A DNA stretch of 64,000 bases, taken from contig OX597814.1 of the NCBI GenBank assembly GCA_951406725.2, positions 62,806,001 through 62,870,000 of the forward strand, read 5' to 3'. Source of the stretch: Octopus vulgaris (taxonomy: Eukaryota). The notes below the pieces were generated by a model. The model searched no databases. It saw nothing but the letters and a program-made list of their open reading frames with translations, and was not told where the DNA came from. Below, piece after piece: positions 13,603 through 26,425 of this stretch (positions are counted from its first letter, which is position 1; every line of letters begins with the position of its first letter). A program made the translations under genes and the position numbers.

Positions 13603-15027
13603 CATACATGATCTAAAAAGAAACTGAACTGAATAACCGATTTTGAGTTACTGTTGTTTACGTCATGTGGACCCTGATAGAGCAGATCTAAAATAAAAGC
13701 TATCCCGCCGTGACTATCCCGTCTTTTCGAATACAGTTTATATCAACTTATCCAATCCAATTAGTTTACTTAAAAATGATTGTTAGGTAGTTGAACGGTG
13801 ATTGTCTTAGTAGTTATAGGGACTGTTCGTCCGTAAATACAAAGAAGCATGTCAAACGACAAAACAAGGTCCAGAGTACTTTAAAGACTGCCAAATGTGA
13901 TTACACACGCACTCACACACATACACACATGCACACACATACACACTCACATACACATTCACATACACGCATACGCACACATAAACACATGGACATGTAT
14001 ACACACACATACACATCACACACTTGAACACACACACACACACACACACACACTCATACGCTCGCAAATCTCAGTGTATCAGTTGTTTTAAAAATATTGA
14101 TATTGACAGTACGTCTATATATTGGCAAATATATACATGTATATATGCTTGTATGTATGCATATTTAAACACACGCACACACACACACACACACACACAT
14201 ACACACATGCACGCACACGTACCTCAGTATTTGTTATACTTTTTATTGTTTGTTGCCGTTTCCTGTCATACAAATTGGCATTCAGAGTATAAACATACAT
14301 ACATACATACATACATACATACATACATACAGATTCCTTCACGCTTATTAATGCATGTGTATATATATGTTCATTGCAAATATTACATCGAAAGAAATCG
14401 CTTTAATTTTAGTAGGCAACTGTAAAAGACAAGGGTTTGACTGACCTTTGTTGTTGTTTAACTACTAACCAACCCCACCTGATGTATCAAACCTATTTTA
14501 TTTTTAATATCTCACACTTTTTCGGGCGCAGTCTATTTTTGAAGTGTCGTTTCGAAAGCAGTGAGTATGATCTAATGTAGAATTTTGCAGCTATATCTAG
14601 CAGGTTATGCGACAGCGTAGCTGCGTCTTCCGTCATCACTGGGTAGTTTGACGTTTGCGTTGTTTAGAAAACGCTTTTGTATATTAGAATGGAGACTATA
14701 TATTCAAATGTATAGTATTCATACGAAATCTTTTAGAAACAAAATGAAAAACAGTGACGGTCATTCGTTCACCAAATATATTTCTCCCTTCTCTCCTTCT
14801 GTATTTCAGTTCTGGGTTATACTGTACATTCATTCATTCTTATACGGTTCCTATAGCATATTCGTGTTATTTTTTCCTATATGGAGAGGTTGCTAGTTTC
14901 TTCTTGCCCAGCACTTTTCAATTTCTGGAGAGGGGCAGTACGAGTGGTCTCCCCACAGTTGAACATAGCCGATTCATATCGGTCTGTCTGGCTGTCTGGG
15001 TGGATGGATGGATGGCAGACTTGCAGG

Positions 15028-15136
<109 letters not shown>

Positions 15137-15152
15137 AACTTATGTGTGCGTA

Positions 15153-15930
15153 CAGGGTGTTCGGGCTAAATTTGACAATTTTTTTATGTCTGCTTTTTTC
15201 AGGAACAGCTTAATGTATTGGTGAATAGTCAACAGCGTTGGAGAGCATAAATATTAAAGTTGTAGTCAGGAAAAAGTTAGCTGACATGGAGAAATGGAAG
15301 TCATTTGAATATTGGAAAAGAGTAACCTGTATCATGATGATTCGCGCCGGGTATTAAAATGCCGACATCATGACTGCTGCTCACTGCTCTGTGAACACTG
15401 TAAAGGCTGTAACACAGACAGCTGCAACGGAGACTACGAAGTCGTGGCTAGCAGGAAAGGACACAGCAAGCGTTCTGACTGCGTCTACACGCCACGATTT
15501 ATCCAACAATATGTGAAGAAGGCCTCAAATGGCCATATAAAGCTGCTGGAGGCTGTGGTCACTCCCTTGCCGGAGAGAACCGCTGCTGGAAGGTCATGTT
15601 TGACAGCAGGATTGGGGTCCTTTCTTACCTACTGAGAGAATCAGAAATAGTTGTTGGAGAATTTCAACAACTTCATTAGCCCCAATTTCTGGCCTCTTAA
15701 TTTTTCTGATTGTGATCCCATGTGTGGAGCGCAACTGGGACAGATACCAACCGTTCTGCCTGCAACACTAAGGCCGAGTTGGTGACCAAGATCAAGATGG
15801 TGTTCGGAGAGCTTTCCGCAAACACAGTGACGAATTCATGCGTTAGGTTCCGTAACCATTTCGCGGCTGTGATGGAAGCTCAGGTCGGCTATAATCTAGT
15901 TGATATTTTTGTTGATTTTTGAAAATATTT
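15153..15930 (+). mobile_element. Degraded Tc1/mariner (maT/DD37D-like) transposon
   Basis: TA-CAGGGTG terminus, plus relic coding segments QQD..., PNFWP.N..DCDP and NTKAELV.KIK.VF.EL...TV.NSC.RFR.....V.EA..GY. Confidence 0.65.
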
Positions 15931-15934
15931 TTGG

Positions 15935-15993
<59 letters not shown>

Positions 15994-16205
15994 CCTTTCT
16001 ACTAAAGGCACAATGCCTGAAATTTTTGGAGAGGGGACTAGTCGATTACATTGACTCCAGTGCACGACTGGTACTTAATTTATCGGCCCAGAAAGGATGA
16101 AAGGGAAGTCGATCTCGGTGGAATTAGAACTCAGAACGTAGAGACAAACGAAATACCGCTAAGCACTTCGCCCGGCGTGCTAACGTTTCTGCTAGCTCAC
16201 TGCCT
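15994..16205 (-). mobile_element. tRNA-like SINE family B
   Basis: GGCAGTGAGCTAGCAGAAACGTTAGCACGCCGGGCGAA...GTTCTGAGTTC...CTTTCATCCTTTC...GATAAATTAAGTACCAG. Many copies in the window. Confidence 0.85.
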
Positions 16206-16222
16206 TAATAATAATAATAATG

Positions 16223-16281
<59 letters not shown>

Positions 16282-16330
16282 CTTTTCTACTCTAGGTACA
16301 ATGCCCGAAGTTTGGCGGGAGGGGTCAGTC

Positions 16331-16682
16331 GTAACAAAACGAAAGATACTGGAATTGAAACTCGCATTGTTAGCATGCAGAAAAGTACTATCCTATATTC
16401 TGCAAGAAAAAGGGGATATCAGAAACATTTAGATAATATCCCAGGAGAACCATGTCTCAGAGAAATCCAAAAGATTGTGCTGATAAGTACTACCCACATC
16501 CTTAGAAAACCCTATTAATTTAAATGTATGTGTTGTATTACATGAAGATATTTCGCTACTTACCTTGTCGTTTCCTCTCCCTAAGCTCTCAGCCATACTG
16601 TAATATCTCTTATCCTTCACTCGCCCTAGGACGCTGGGTGTGTCTCGGCGAGTGATTGTAACAGACATGCAGATTATAAGTA

Positions 16683-16683
<1 letters not shown>
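16331..16683 (+). mobile_element. 3' ends of R4/Dong-like non-LTR retrotransposons, ending in (TAA)n
   Basis: ETRIVSMQKSTILYSAR followed by KGYQKHLDNIPGEPCLREIQKIVLISTTHILRK resembles REL-domain C-termini (compare 17627-17980). A UTR follows, then (TAA)n. Confidence 0.65.
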
Positions 16684-16723
<40 letters not shown>

Positions 16724-16725
<2 letters not shown>

Positions 16726-17280
16726 TGCCCTGATGCAGTACCAGGCAGTGGCTCTCATGGCTTCTGATCTTAACTGATTGGAAGTGTTATCATGTACATT
16801 GTTTTGTCTTGGTATAAAAGATGGGCTACAGCAAATATTCTGCTCAATACCGCAGATTTGCTTGTCAGTTGTTTGACCTTAACCAGTTGAGCATGTCCCT
16901 TAGTGGCTGACGATATGTGCATCTCTGATCACGAGCAGAAGTAGTGGGGGAGCATCATAGCCATGTGTTGAGAAGGATTCTTTGGGGTTTGAATAATTCA
17001 CCTCTGGAAACATGGGTGTTTCGTTCAACGTCCTTAAACAACCCTTATTCAAGGACCTTTTGAGCGGGATGCGTTACTCGATCTGAAGAAAATTCTAACT
17101 GGGCTCCACCTGCAAGGTCATGTGCTGTTTATCTTGATATGAGATCACCATGTCGCGCACATATGGTTGTGATTTATGTGCCTGGTGTACCCTTATCAGA
17201 CGGGTAGTCATGATGGGTATACTGGGCTTCGTATATTTTACCCCAGTGTCACTTTGATGGCATGCTCTGCTCGCTCACTC
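16724..17280. repeat. Unclassified ~555-bp element embedded between (TAA)n tracts
   Basis: Complex, higher-GC island with sharp (TAA)n boundaries on both sides and no ORF. Confidence 0.45.
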
Positions 17281-17319
17281 AATAATAATAATAACAATAA
17301 TAATAATAATAATCCTATA

Positions 17320-17498
17320 TAATATAGGCACAAGGCCTGACATTTTGGGGGAGGGAACTAGTCGATTACATCGACCCCAATGATTCACTGGTATTTAATT
17401 TATCGACCCCGAAAGGATGAAAGGCGGAATTTGAACTCAGAAAGTAAAGACGGACGAAATGCCGTTAAGTATTTTGCCCGAGTGCTAACGATTCTGCA
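17320..17498 (-). mobile_element. SINE family B
   Basis: Contains TATCGACCCCGAAAGGATGAAAGGC...GAATTTGAACTCAG, as in the other family B copies. Confidence 0.8.
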
Positions 17499-17507
17499 AT
17501 AATGATA

Positions 17508-17580
<73 letters not shown>

Positions 17581-17581
<1 letters not shown>

Positions 17582-18060
17582 CCTGAAACTGTGACCGGAA
17601 AAGATGATGTAACAGTACTCTAGGACATGCCAATCAATACCGATAAAGAAATCAAGGCAAACAGGCCGGACATATTCATCAAAGATAGGAAGATTAAGAA
17701 ATGCTTAATGATAGATGTGACAGTACCATCAGAGGGAAATGTGTCCATTAAAGACGTTGAGAAGTTATTTAGGTACAAAGACCTAGAAATAGAAGTGACC
17801 AAGATGTGGGGAATGAAAAGCAGCACAGTACCAGTAGTGATTGGAGCGTTAGGGCTAATTAAAAAGAGCCTTGATAAGCAGCTCAACAAACTCCCTTGTA
17901 GTATTAACGTGGGAGAACTTCAGAAAATAGTGTTGCTAGGTCCCGCACACATTTTACGCTGTGTACTCCTCATGAGATGAGGACCTGCTGTGACCCTAGG
18001 GTCAAGGGATTACCCCGGTTCAGCAGAAATCAACGGACCATATTTTATTTAAAAAGGAAA
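17581..18060 (+). mobile_element. 5'-truncated R4/Dong-clade non-LTR retrotransposon (restriction-like endonuclease domain) in (TAA)n
   Basis: D.PI.TDK.IKANRPDI.IKD.....C..IDV.VP...NV..K..EK..RYKDL..E..KMW......VPVVIGALG...LQK.VLLG.AHILR matches the PD-(D/E)xK REL domain. Flanked by TAA repeats. Confidence 0.85.
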
Positions 18061-18786
18061 TAATAACAATTGAATCCAGCACTTCAGCGGAACTTTATTT
18101 TATCAATCCTGGAAAATAAGTTTACCTCAGCGAGATTTGAGCTTAGAACATAGAGCTGGAATTAATACCGATAGGGATTTCGTTCGACTTACGAAAGGTT
18201 TGATAATATTTGTTTATAACATAAGTACGCAGCATGCAGTTTGGAGTGTTTTGTTGATTAGTTTTTGACGGTTACCATATTTTATAGACCCAGGAGGGAA
18301 GACCTTGGTGGGATATGAATTCAGAACTTAAAGATTAGTGACTAAATACTATAAGCATTTTGTCCGTGCCTGTCATGCTACCTAACGATTCTACCAGTCC
18401 AGTTTATGATAAGTTCTTAAATTGGCACGAGGTCTCGAATTTGGAGTAAGGGTAAGTCGATTAAATATGACCCACTACTTGACTAGCGTTTAATTTTATC
18501 GATCTCAGACCTTGTCAATATTTGAGCTCAGAGCATAGGGAGCTGGGATAAATGAAGCGAGGCATCCTATCGCCTTTATCAATTCGCCACTACTGAGTTA
18601 TATTTACAACGCAAATAATGTGCCCTACTGAGAGCCTTTATATAGTGTCTCAATCTATTAAAAATAACAGTAAAATTTCTCTCTAATCATGCTTTGTCGT
18701 CACAGAGAAGAATGATTCAGTTGGTAAATATAGTCCGAGACATACATACATACATACATACATACATACATAAATACATACATACA

Positions 18787-18818
<32 letters not shown>

Positions 18819-19262
18819 AACAAGATGCTCATAGGCGTAGCCCTTTTATCATAGGTCAACTCGACTAGGGCTGAGGTGTGGTTAAAGAAACTCAACAACG
18901 GCAATGACAACAACAACAACAACAACAACAACAGTGTTTCAAAGCAAAGCCTTTCTCAATCTGCTAGTAACAGTAGCCAAATCTTCCTCAAGAAAATGTT
19001 AGATAACGTGATTTTACATACATCGTAAAGGACAGGATGTTCATGGCTGGAATACCTTTTAAAATAGGGCGATATACAACGGCATATCACCGTTACATAA
19101 ACGGAAATAAGAAAGCAAGAAGACGAGAGTAGCTTTGATGATACATCTACTCGATGATAACTGACCGAGGGCGAAACACCTCATCTAGAAGAACGCAAAT
19201 ATAATGAAATGATTCCAGACAGGTTTTAGAAACGCGTGGCGCACCCATAAATATTGGAATGG

Positions 19263-19466
19263 TGCGGCTTTTTTTCAACAAATTTTATTCAACAAAAACA
19301 ATATTTAACAAAAGCATCTTTAAATGACGGTCTGACTGTCTGCCAAGCAAATGGGAAGCAGTAATTGAAGTAGATGGTGAATATGCTCCGGAATAATCAT
19401 TTAAAGATGTTTTTGTTACATGTTATTGTTTTTATTGAATAAAATTTGTTGAAAAAAAAAGCCGCA
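19263..19466 (+). mobile_element. Mariner-derived fold-back MITE
   Basis: Arms of about 65-70 bp (19263-19327 versus 19397-19466) enclose LPSKWEAVIEVDGEYAPE*, a mariner transposase C-terminus. Confidence 0.7.
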
Positions 19467-19582
19467 ATAATTACGCACACATCTAATAGTTTGAGGTAAA
19501 CATATTCAAATACGCACACATACATATTTACATTCATTCACATACCTGCATACGCTCACACATATCAATACATACATACATG

Positions 19583-19800
19583 AAGGCGGCGAACTGGTAA
19601 AATGGTTAGCAGGCCAGGAAAAATGCTTAACGGCACTTCGTGTGTCTTTACATTCGGAGTTCAAATTCCGCCGAGGTCGACTATGCCTTTCATCCTTTTG
19701 GGGTCTATAAAATAAGTACCAACTGTATCCTGGGGTCGTTGTAATCGACTTATCCTATCCCCTAAAATTTCTGGCCTTGTGCTAAAATTTGAAATCAATA
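19583..19800 (+). mobile_element. SINE family B
   Basis: AAGGCGGCGAACTGG...GAGTTCAAATTCCGCCGAGGTCGAC...CCTTTCATCC...GGCCTTGTGC. Confidence 0.85.
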
Positions 19801-20068
19801 TATACTTACATATTCATATGCATACGTTTTTCATATAAACATACACATACAAACCTTCAAGAAAAAAAAGTGAAACAGAGCTAGAAATACTTTTAAAAAA
19901 TTGAAGGACAAAAATGAGTACAACATATTTGATCATAGGTTTTCTCAACCGGAATTCATCTGTTGCTCAGTAACAATAGCAGCTATCCTACATACGAACT
20001 CACGAAAAAAACACTATGTCGTCGTTCGAATTGCTAGAAATAGTAGCCAGACCATTAAAATTAGAAGA

Positions 20069-20127
<59 letters not shown>

Positions 20128-20149
20128 ACATATATATATATATATACAC

Positions 20150-20700
20150 AAATTGAGATAGGGGTTGCAAATTCAACCCTCCATGGGATAATATATATCC
20201 AATATACTGCTAGTGAATTACCCAACAAAGTTAATACATAAATGTTAAGAATTGCGATGCAATTAATTCATTTACTGTATTACATGGGCAAAGGTAAAAT
20301 TATTTTTATCATAAATTAATAATACAAAATCAGAAAATGGAGAAATACATCCAAATCATTAATCAACTATCAGATAATACCCAATCACATACTTTATTAA
20401 ACCACTACATAATAACATTAAGGTTAAACAAAACAGCGTACATGAATGAGTAATACAATACAATAGGTGCAATCATTACAAGAGGATATAAATAAATAAA
20501 TATAAATAGATATAAATATAAATATACACTATATCTTACAGCTGTTTCGGCCATGCAGATAAATATGCCTTATTTTACCCATATTAGCCATGTACAGTAT
20601 GCCAATATGGAGTTAAGAATGAGACATTTACAAATATATATATCTTAAAGCCTCTTCGGAGATTCTAAAGTATAAACTAAATTACATATATACTCATATA
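20150..20700 (-). mobile_element. PLE terminal region with split hammerhead (20533-20663); same family as 54047-54265 in the opposite orientation
   Basis: Minus strand reads ATCT-CCGAAGA-GGC...(about 95 nt)...GCC-GAAACAGCTGTA-AGAT. 20150-20345 aligns by eye to the reverse complement of 54065-54260. Confidence 0.65.
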
Positions 20701-20899
20701 TTAGTGTGGGTACATACCCATAAAAAATCATTTACACATATATATATGAGTGCATATACCCATACTCTTATATATATATGGGGAGGGATAGAGAAAGAAA
20801 GAGAGATAAATAGATAGCTAGCTTGATACATATTCAACTACTTAAATAAAATAAATATCAGTTCGATTCTATCCTTAGTAATAAGTCATTTTTACAGTA

Positions 20900-21228
20900 A
20901 GGCGCATGGCACAGTGGTTAGACCGCCAAGCCCACAATCGTGAGATTGTGAGTTCGATTCCAGGATTGGGCAGTGTTGTGTTCTTGACCAAAGTACTTTA
21001 TATCACGTTGCTCCAGTACACTCACCTGTAGAAATGAGTTGCAGTGTCACTATTGCCAAGCTGTATCCACCTTTGCCCTCCCTCAGACAAAATCCATAGC
21101 GTGAAGAGAGGAGACTAGTATGCATGGATGACTGCTGGTTTTCCACAATAACTTTGCCCGGACTTGTTCCGAGGAAGGAAACTTTCTAGGTGCAATCCCA
21201 TGGTCATTCGTGACCGAAGGAGTTCTTT
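20900..21228 (+). mobile_element. tRNA-derived SINE family C variant (second copy at about 43180-43500)
   Basis: A/B-box-like head (TGGCACAGTGG...GAGTTCGATTCC) and central ACTTTAT.TCACGTTGCTCCAGT.CACTCA.CTG. The tail is shared with 43300-43495. Confidence 0.8.
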
Positions 21229-21264
21229 ATTTGAACTTTTGCTATTTAACAATCAAATATTCTT

Positions 21265-21440
21265 TTCTGCTCGAAGCACAATGCCCGAAAATTTTGGAGG
21301 AGGGGCCAGTCGATTAGATCGACTCAGTGTGCAATTGGTACCTAATTTTTCGACCTCGAAAGGATGAAAGGCTAAGTCAACCTCGGCGGAATTTTGAGCT
21401 CAGAATGTAAAGACATACGAAAACAGCTAAGCATCACTTA
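21265..21440 (-). mobile_element. SINE family B (partial)
   Basis: TCGACCTCGAAAGGATGAAAGGCTAAGTCAACCTCGGCGGAATT. Confidence 0.75.
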
Positions 21441-22355
21441 ACGATCAAATCTTCTTTCATAAATCGGTGTGTGTGTATGTGTGTATTTGTGTGAGTGTGA
21501 TCACAATAATTAGAACGATATGCTTTAAACAAAGAAAATACAATTCAGTTGATCTACATATACACGGGTGAGACACAGTTGCAAATTTGGATCTGAGCAC
21601 AAGACCTATCAGTCTTGTATTGAAACCGAATGTACCCAAAGGCACCCATAAGGAGTTTCCGTGTTGGCTATAATGAAAATCATCCAGTGTTCTCTGGATA
21701 TTACTGACTTATATTGTGAGAGATAATTCACTTATACGCTATCTTTTGCTTATGTCTTAGATTGTTTGTAATAACCTCCACGACTACCTTGACACCCCAC
21801 CCGTTGCGCAAAAAGGGTGACAACGAACCAGAGACCAAAGTTGCTGGTAATGCCTTTGGATAAAACTCTTGTTTTGTACTGCGATGCAAACTTATGAGTT
21901 GTGCTTAACCTCAACTCATAAGCGTGCTATTGTTGCTTGACATCACGCCTCGATTTCGAGCTTAAAGATCAAACAAATGCTCCTGTATATCATGCTGTCT
22001 TCTTCAATAATTCCTCTAGGCTTAGTTAAAACCCCACTCCTTCGTTAGCGACGAAGAAGTGGGCTATTTCCCTCCTAAATGCTCCTGGATAAGAATCATA
22101 GGTAAAATCAAGCTCATGATTTGGTTACACATTTGTACAACATCATCATTTATTCCGCTAATTGTAACGTGTTGATTATTCCTTGTTGATGACAACGAAA
22201 GATAAAAGAAATAGACTTGTTGCTGTTCGAATTTTGACAGACACTATTTGTGTTTGTTTTGGTGCAAGATCTATTTGCCAGTGAAAATTTTATTTCTTCT
22301 GTACTTTTAAAGCACACATACCCTTAACATTTACTCTTTTGTTGTTGTTGTAATC

Positions 22356-23103
22356 TTGGAAGCAGATGCTGCTTTAGGTGAATTCAAAATCAAACTTCCC
22401 AATGACCTTTGCCTCGAAAGTAGTACTCTTTCAGATCTATGTAATTTTGAATATGCTAACCTCAAAAATAACTTCACAAACCCTGCGTGGCTTGCAAATA
22501 GAACCATTGTTACTCCAACAAATGAAACAGCACAATTTGTGAATGATTTTCTTTTGACCAAGATCCCTGGTGAGCTAAAAATATACAGAGGCGCAGATAT
22601 AGTTAATAATGAAACTCTGTACCCAATCGAGTTCATCAACAAACTAACACCATCAGGGTTTCCACCACACATTCTCAAACTGAAGAAAAAATGTATAATT
22701 TTTCTGAGAAATTTAAATGCTACTAATGGACATTGCAATGGCACACGCTACATCATTGTCAGTTTACATGATTATGTTATTGAGGCTGAGATTGCTTCTG
22801 GTCCTTATAGAGGATCAACTCTGTTAATCCCCAAAATACCACATGTATCTCAAGAAATGAAATTTCTATTCACATTTACACGCAATTTCCTGTCAAGCCA
22901 GCTTTTGCTTTGACGTGCAACAAGGCACAGGGACAGACTTTTGAACAAATTGGAATATATCTTCCGACACAATTCTTCTCATATGGTCAGCTGTATGCTG
23001 CATTATCTAGAGTTCGAAAGAAGGCTAATGTAAAAATTACTGGCTGAGAGAAATGTAAACAGTATGATTACTGACAATTGTGTCTACAAGGAGATAACTT
23101 TAA
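22356..23103 (+). pseudogene. Helitron RepHel PIF1-like helicase C-terminal pseudogene
   Basis: YPIEFIN.LTPSGFPPH.LKLK...LRNL....G.CNGTR..I...LIP.I. After a frameshift: QFPVKPAFALTCNKAQGQTF..IGIYLP..FFSYGQLY.ALSRV, then T.NCVYKEI. Confidence 0.9.
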
Positions 23104-23321
23104 AGCAAAATGTTTTCTTAGCAAGTGTCAGTGAATAGAATTAACACATAAATTATATGTAAAGTAACATATATTTCTGTGAAATTAAATTGTTTTGGCA
23201 TATTTCAACACATGCCGAATGAATAGTGTCATTTTAAATTTGGGTATATTTGAAAAAGTAAATAAGCACCATTCCCATGTGTTCTCACAGCACTAGACTT
23301 TTGTGTATGTGCGTGTGCGTG

Positions 23322-23412
<91 letters not shown>

Positions 23413-24029
23413 GCACACCTATGTAAGGTCTACAAATTATTAATGATAAATATATATAACAAATTGACTCTTTAAAAAAGAGAGATTATGACTGTGATAA
23501 AATAATGAAAGCAATATTTACTAAGCAAGTGAGCACTATTATATAAAGAAATAATTAGACGTAAAATATAAAATTATTAGAATTGGGAATCAAATGTGGA
23601 AATATTATCGAGTGGCTTCTGCTAGTGCATATAATAAATGTAAATACATTAAAAAAACCTGCCGAAACATTTGTTCGAGTTGATCGCCTCCATATGTGAA
23701 AGTGCAATAAAAAGTCAGAAATTGATTTTTTACAGGGGAAGTAAACGCATTGAGTATCTCTTATTGGTTCAACATGTGTTACTGGAACATCTGGTACACT
23801 CTTGCTGAAGTTTTGATATAGACAAGACGTTAGATTTAGAGGAAACGAAGTACGATTTGTGATTATGAAACGTTCATGATTTCCTGAAGGGTGTTAAAAA
23901 GTTATGTTTATGTACGGAAATAACGTCATCTGGAAGCTGAAGATATTTTGTAAATTTCACTTCCTAAAAATAAAAAAAAATGTGATGAAAAAAATGTTCG
24001 TGGCGTTTCAGTGCTACCGTATTGTTGTT

Positions 24030-26166
24030 ATTGTTTAATTCCAAGTCATTCCTCATTTAGTTGATTTATGGTCAAAGGCGTTCCAACCGCGAGCGTCCTG
24101 CCACACTTTAACACAATGTATCTAGAACTGCGTTATCCTTTTTTCAATTCAGAAAAGAGTAGTTATAATTTACGAAAGATTTGGCTGCTATTTCTTGTAA
24201 GTTGAGCGATCAAGGAAAGGCTCCCTTGTTTACTAACGAGCATGTGATTTGAACTGGTAGAGCATAGGTCTGTTATCAGAGAAGTTGAGAGTTTGTATTC
24301 CCCCACGTGCTCTTTATTTATTTACTCAAATGTTCATTTTTAACTCGGGCAAGACTCATTATTTTATGGAGTTGTGACGTTTCATGTCTTCCCATTCTTA
24401 GAGTATGTAAACTAAGCTGGATTTAACTGAGAACTGATTGTGCACACTTATTGTTGATGCTGTTGCATGACCAGGATAGACATGGTCAGTTAAGTTTACA
24501 ATGAATGGCATTCCAGCTGTGACCATGCCCCGTCATGTTTGAAACACCGTCTATATTAGTCAATGCGTAGTTCTTCTAAGACGGTATGATGTGATTTGAG
24601 TGAGATCTGGCTGCTTTAGAAGCTGGTCAAAAGTCACTCAGAGGCACTTTCGTTGATTCAATATACTAGAACTGTTTTGTTTTAGCAGTCGTCTCTCTTA
24701 CTTAATGTGCCCTTCCTTTTCTGAGATATTAAGGTGAAATTAAAATGGTATTTAACTGCTAATTTGTAGCAACTCGTGCAACTACGTATGAACTCCTCTC
24801 GGAGTACTTTGGACAAATTAACACGGAAAGAAAATTTTCTCCATGCTATTCCTACAATCGAAGCTTTTTTTTGTATCAGAAGAATAGTTAATACTCATGA
24901 CATTTTACAGTGCCTCCAAGATGCGTAGAGCATACGCACAAACTGTAGAATACGTGCAACATAGTGGACTCTATAGCTCCTTGCCCGCCAACCAGTTGGA
25001 GGTGCTAAACTGGGTAACAGGTTAAACCCGCGAACCAAGAACCGGGTAGGAATATTAAACTGGGCGAGCGATTTAGTCTACAGCCCAAACTCAGCGCCGC
25101 AAACTTTTAAAACTCTCATGTATTTCAGTGAACAGCCGCTGCCGCCACCGACGACGTCGTCAATAGTCAGTTGTTTGTAATTGGTGGTATTTAATTTATC
25201 ATGAACACAAAAGCAATATGGTGTGAATGAGTGCGCGCTCACACAAACAAGTGTACCTCCTTCTCATTCACTTCTATACTCTAATATAAAAAATATACAC
25301 GCCTTATCTTCTTCAATAAGCACGTTAGATTATCTGTTTCTACATACCACTATACAAACGGGATGTACTCAGCTGGAATACTATTGATCATGGGTCTAGT
25401 TTAATCTAAGGCCAAAGAACAACATGTCCACAAATGTCACTTAATCTCTGCCTAAACGTGATACTTGTGTACTGAAAGCTATGTAAGCTATTTTAAAGAA
25501 AACCTGTTCAGCCAACACCCTGCATACAACCCCACATACATACATGAACGCACATGAGCCTGCACATACATACACATACTTACACACTCACACATTCACA
25601 CGCGTACACGGATGCTTACTTCTGCACACAACAATCATGATCCCTATAAAAATCAATAATTCGGTCGTCCTTCTAACAGGTTTGCCCGGCATGATTCATC
25701 GCAGCCGAGCCTTTTTCTTATATTCAAATATATACATATGCAAAGGCAGCAAGCTGGCTACGTTCTGAGTTCAAATTCCGCCGAGGTCGACTTTACCTTT
25801 CATCCTTTCGGGGTCGATAAATTAAGTACCAGTTACGCACTGGGCTCGATATAATCGACTTAATCCGTTTGTCTGTCCTTGTTTGTCCTCTCTGTGTTTA
25901 GTCCCTTGTGTGTAATAAAGAAATAGGTATTTCGTCCGTCTTTACGTTCTGAGTTCCACCGAGGTCGACTTTGCCTTTCGGGCTCGATAAATTAATTCCC
26001 AGTTATGTATTGGGGTTGATCTAATCGACTGGACACCTCCCCCAAAATTTCAGGCCTTGTGCCAAGAGTAGAAAAGAATATATACATATACACATGTTTG
26101 ACAAATGCACATATAGAAAAATCTCGGTGCATGAGTCACAATAAAAAAGTAAATATACGTACATAC

Positions 26167-26227
<61 letters not shown>

Positions 26228-26357
26228 AGATCCCTTATATAAATATAGTACTAGCACTAGGCTAACAAAGTATGAGTTCTGGGGTCGATTTGTTCGACTA
26301 AAGGCAGTGCTCTAGCATGGTCTCGGTCAAATGACCGAAACAAATAAAAGGGTAAAA

Positions 26358-26425
<68 letters not shown>

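Noticed and set aside
23600-23626. 3' CTAG terminus of the helicase-bearing Helitron
   Set aside because: CTAG|T is present but there is no convincing subterminal hairpin, so the boundary is left undefined.
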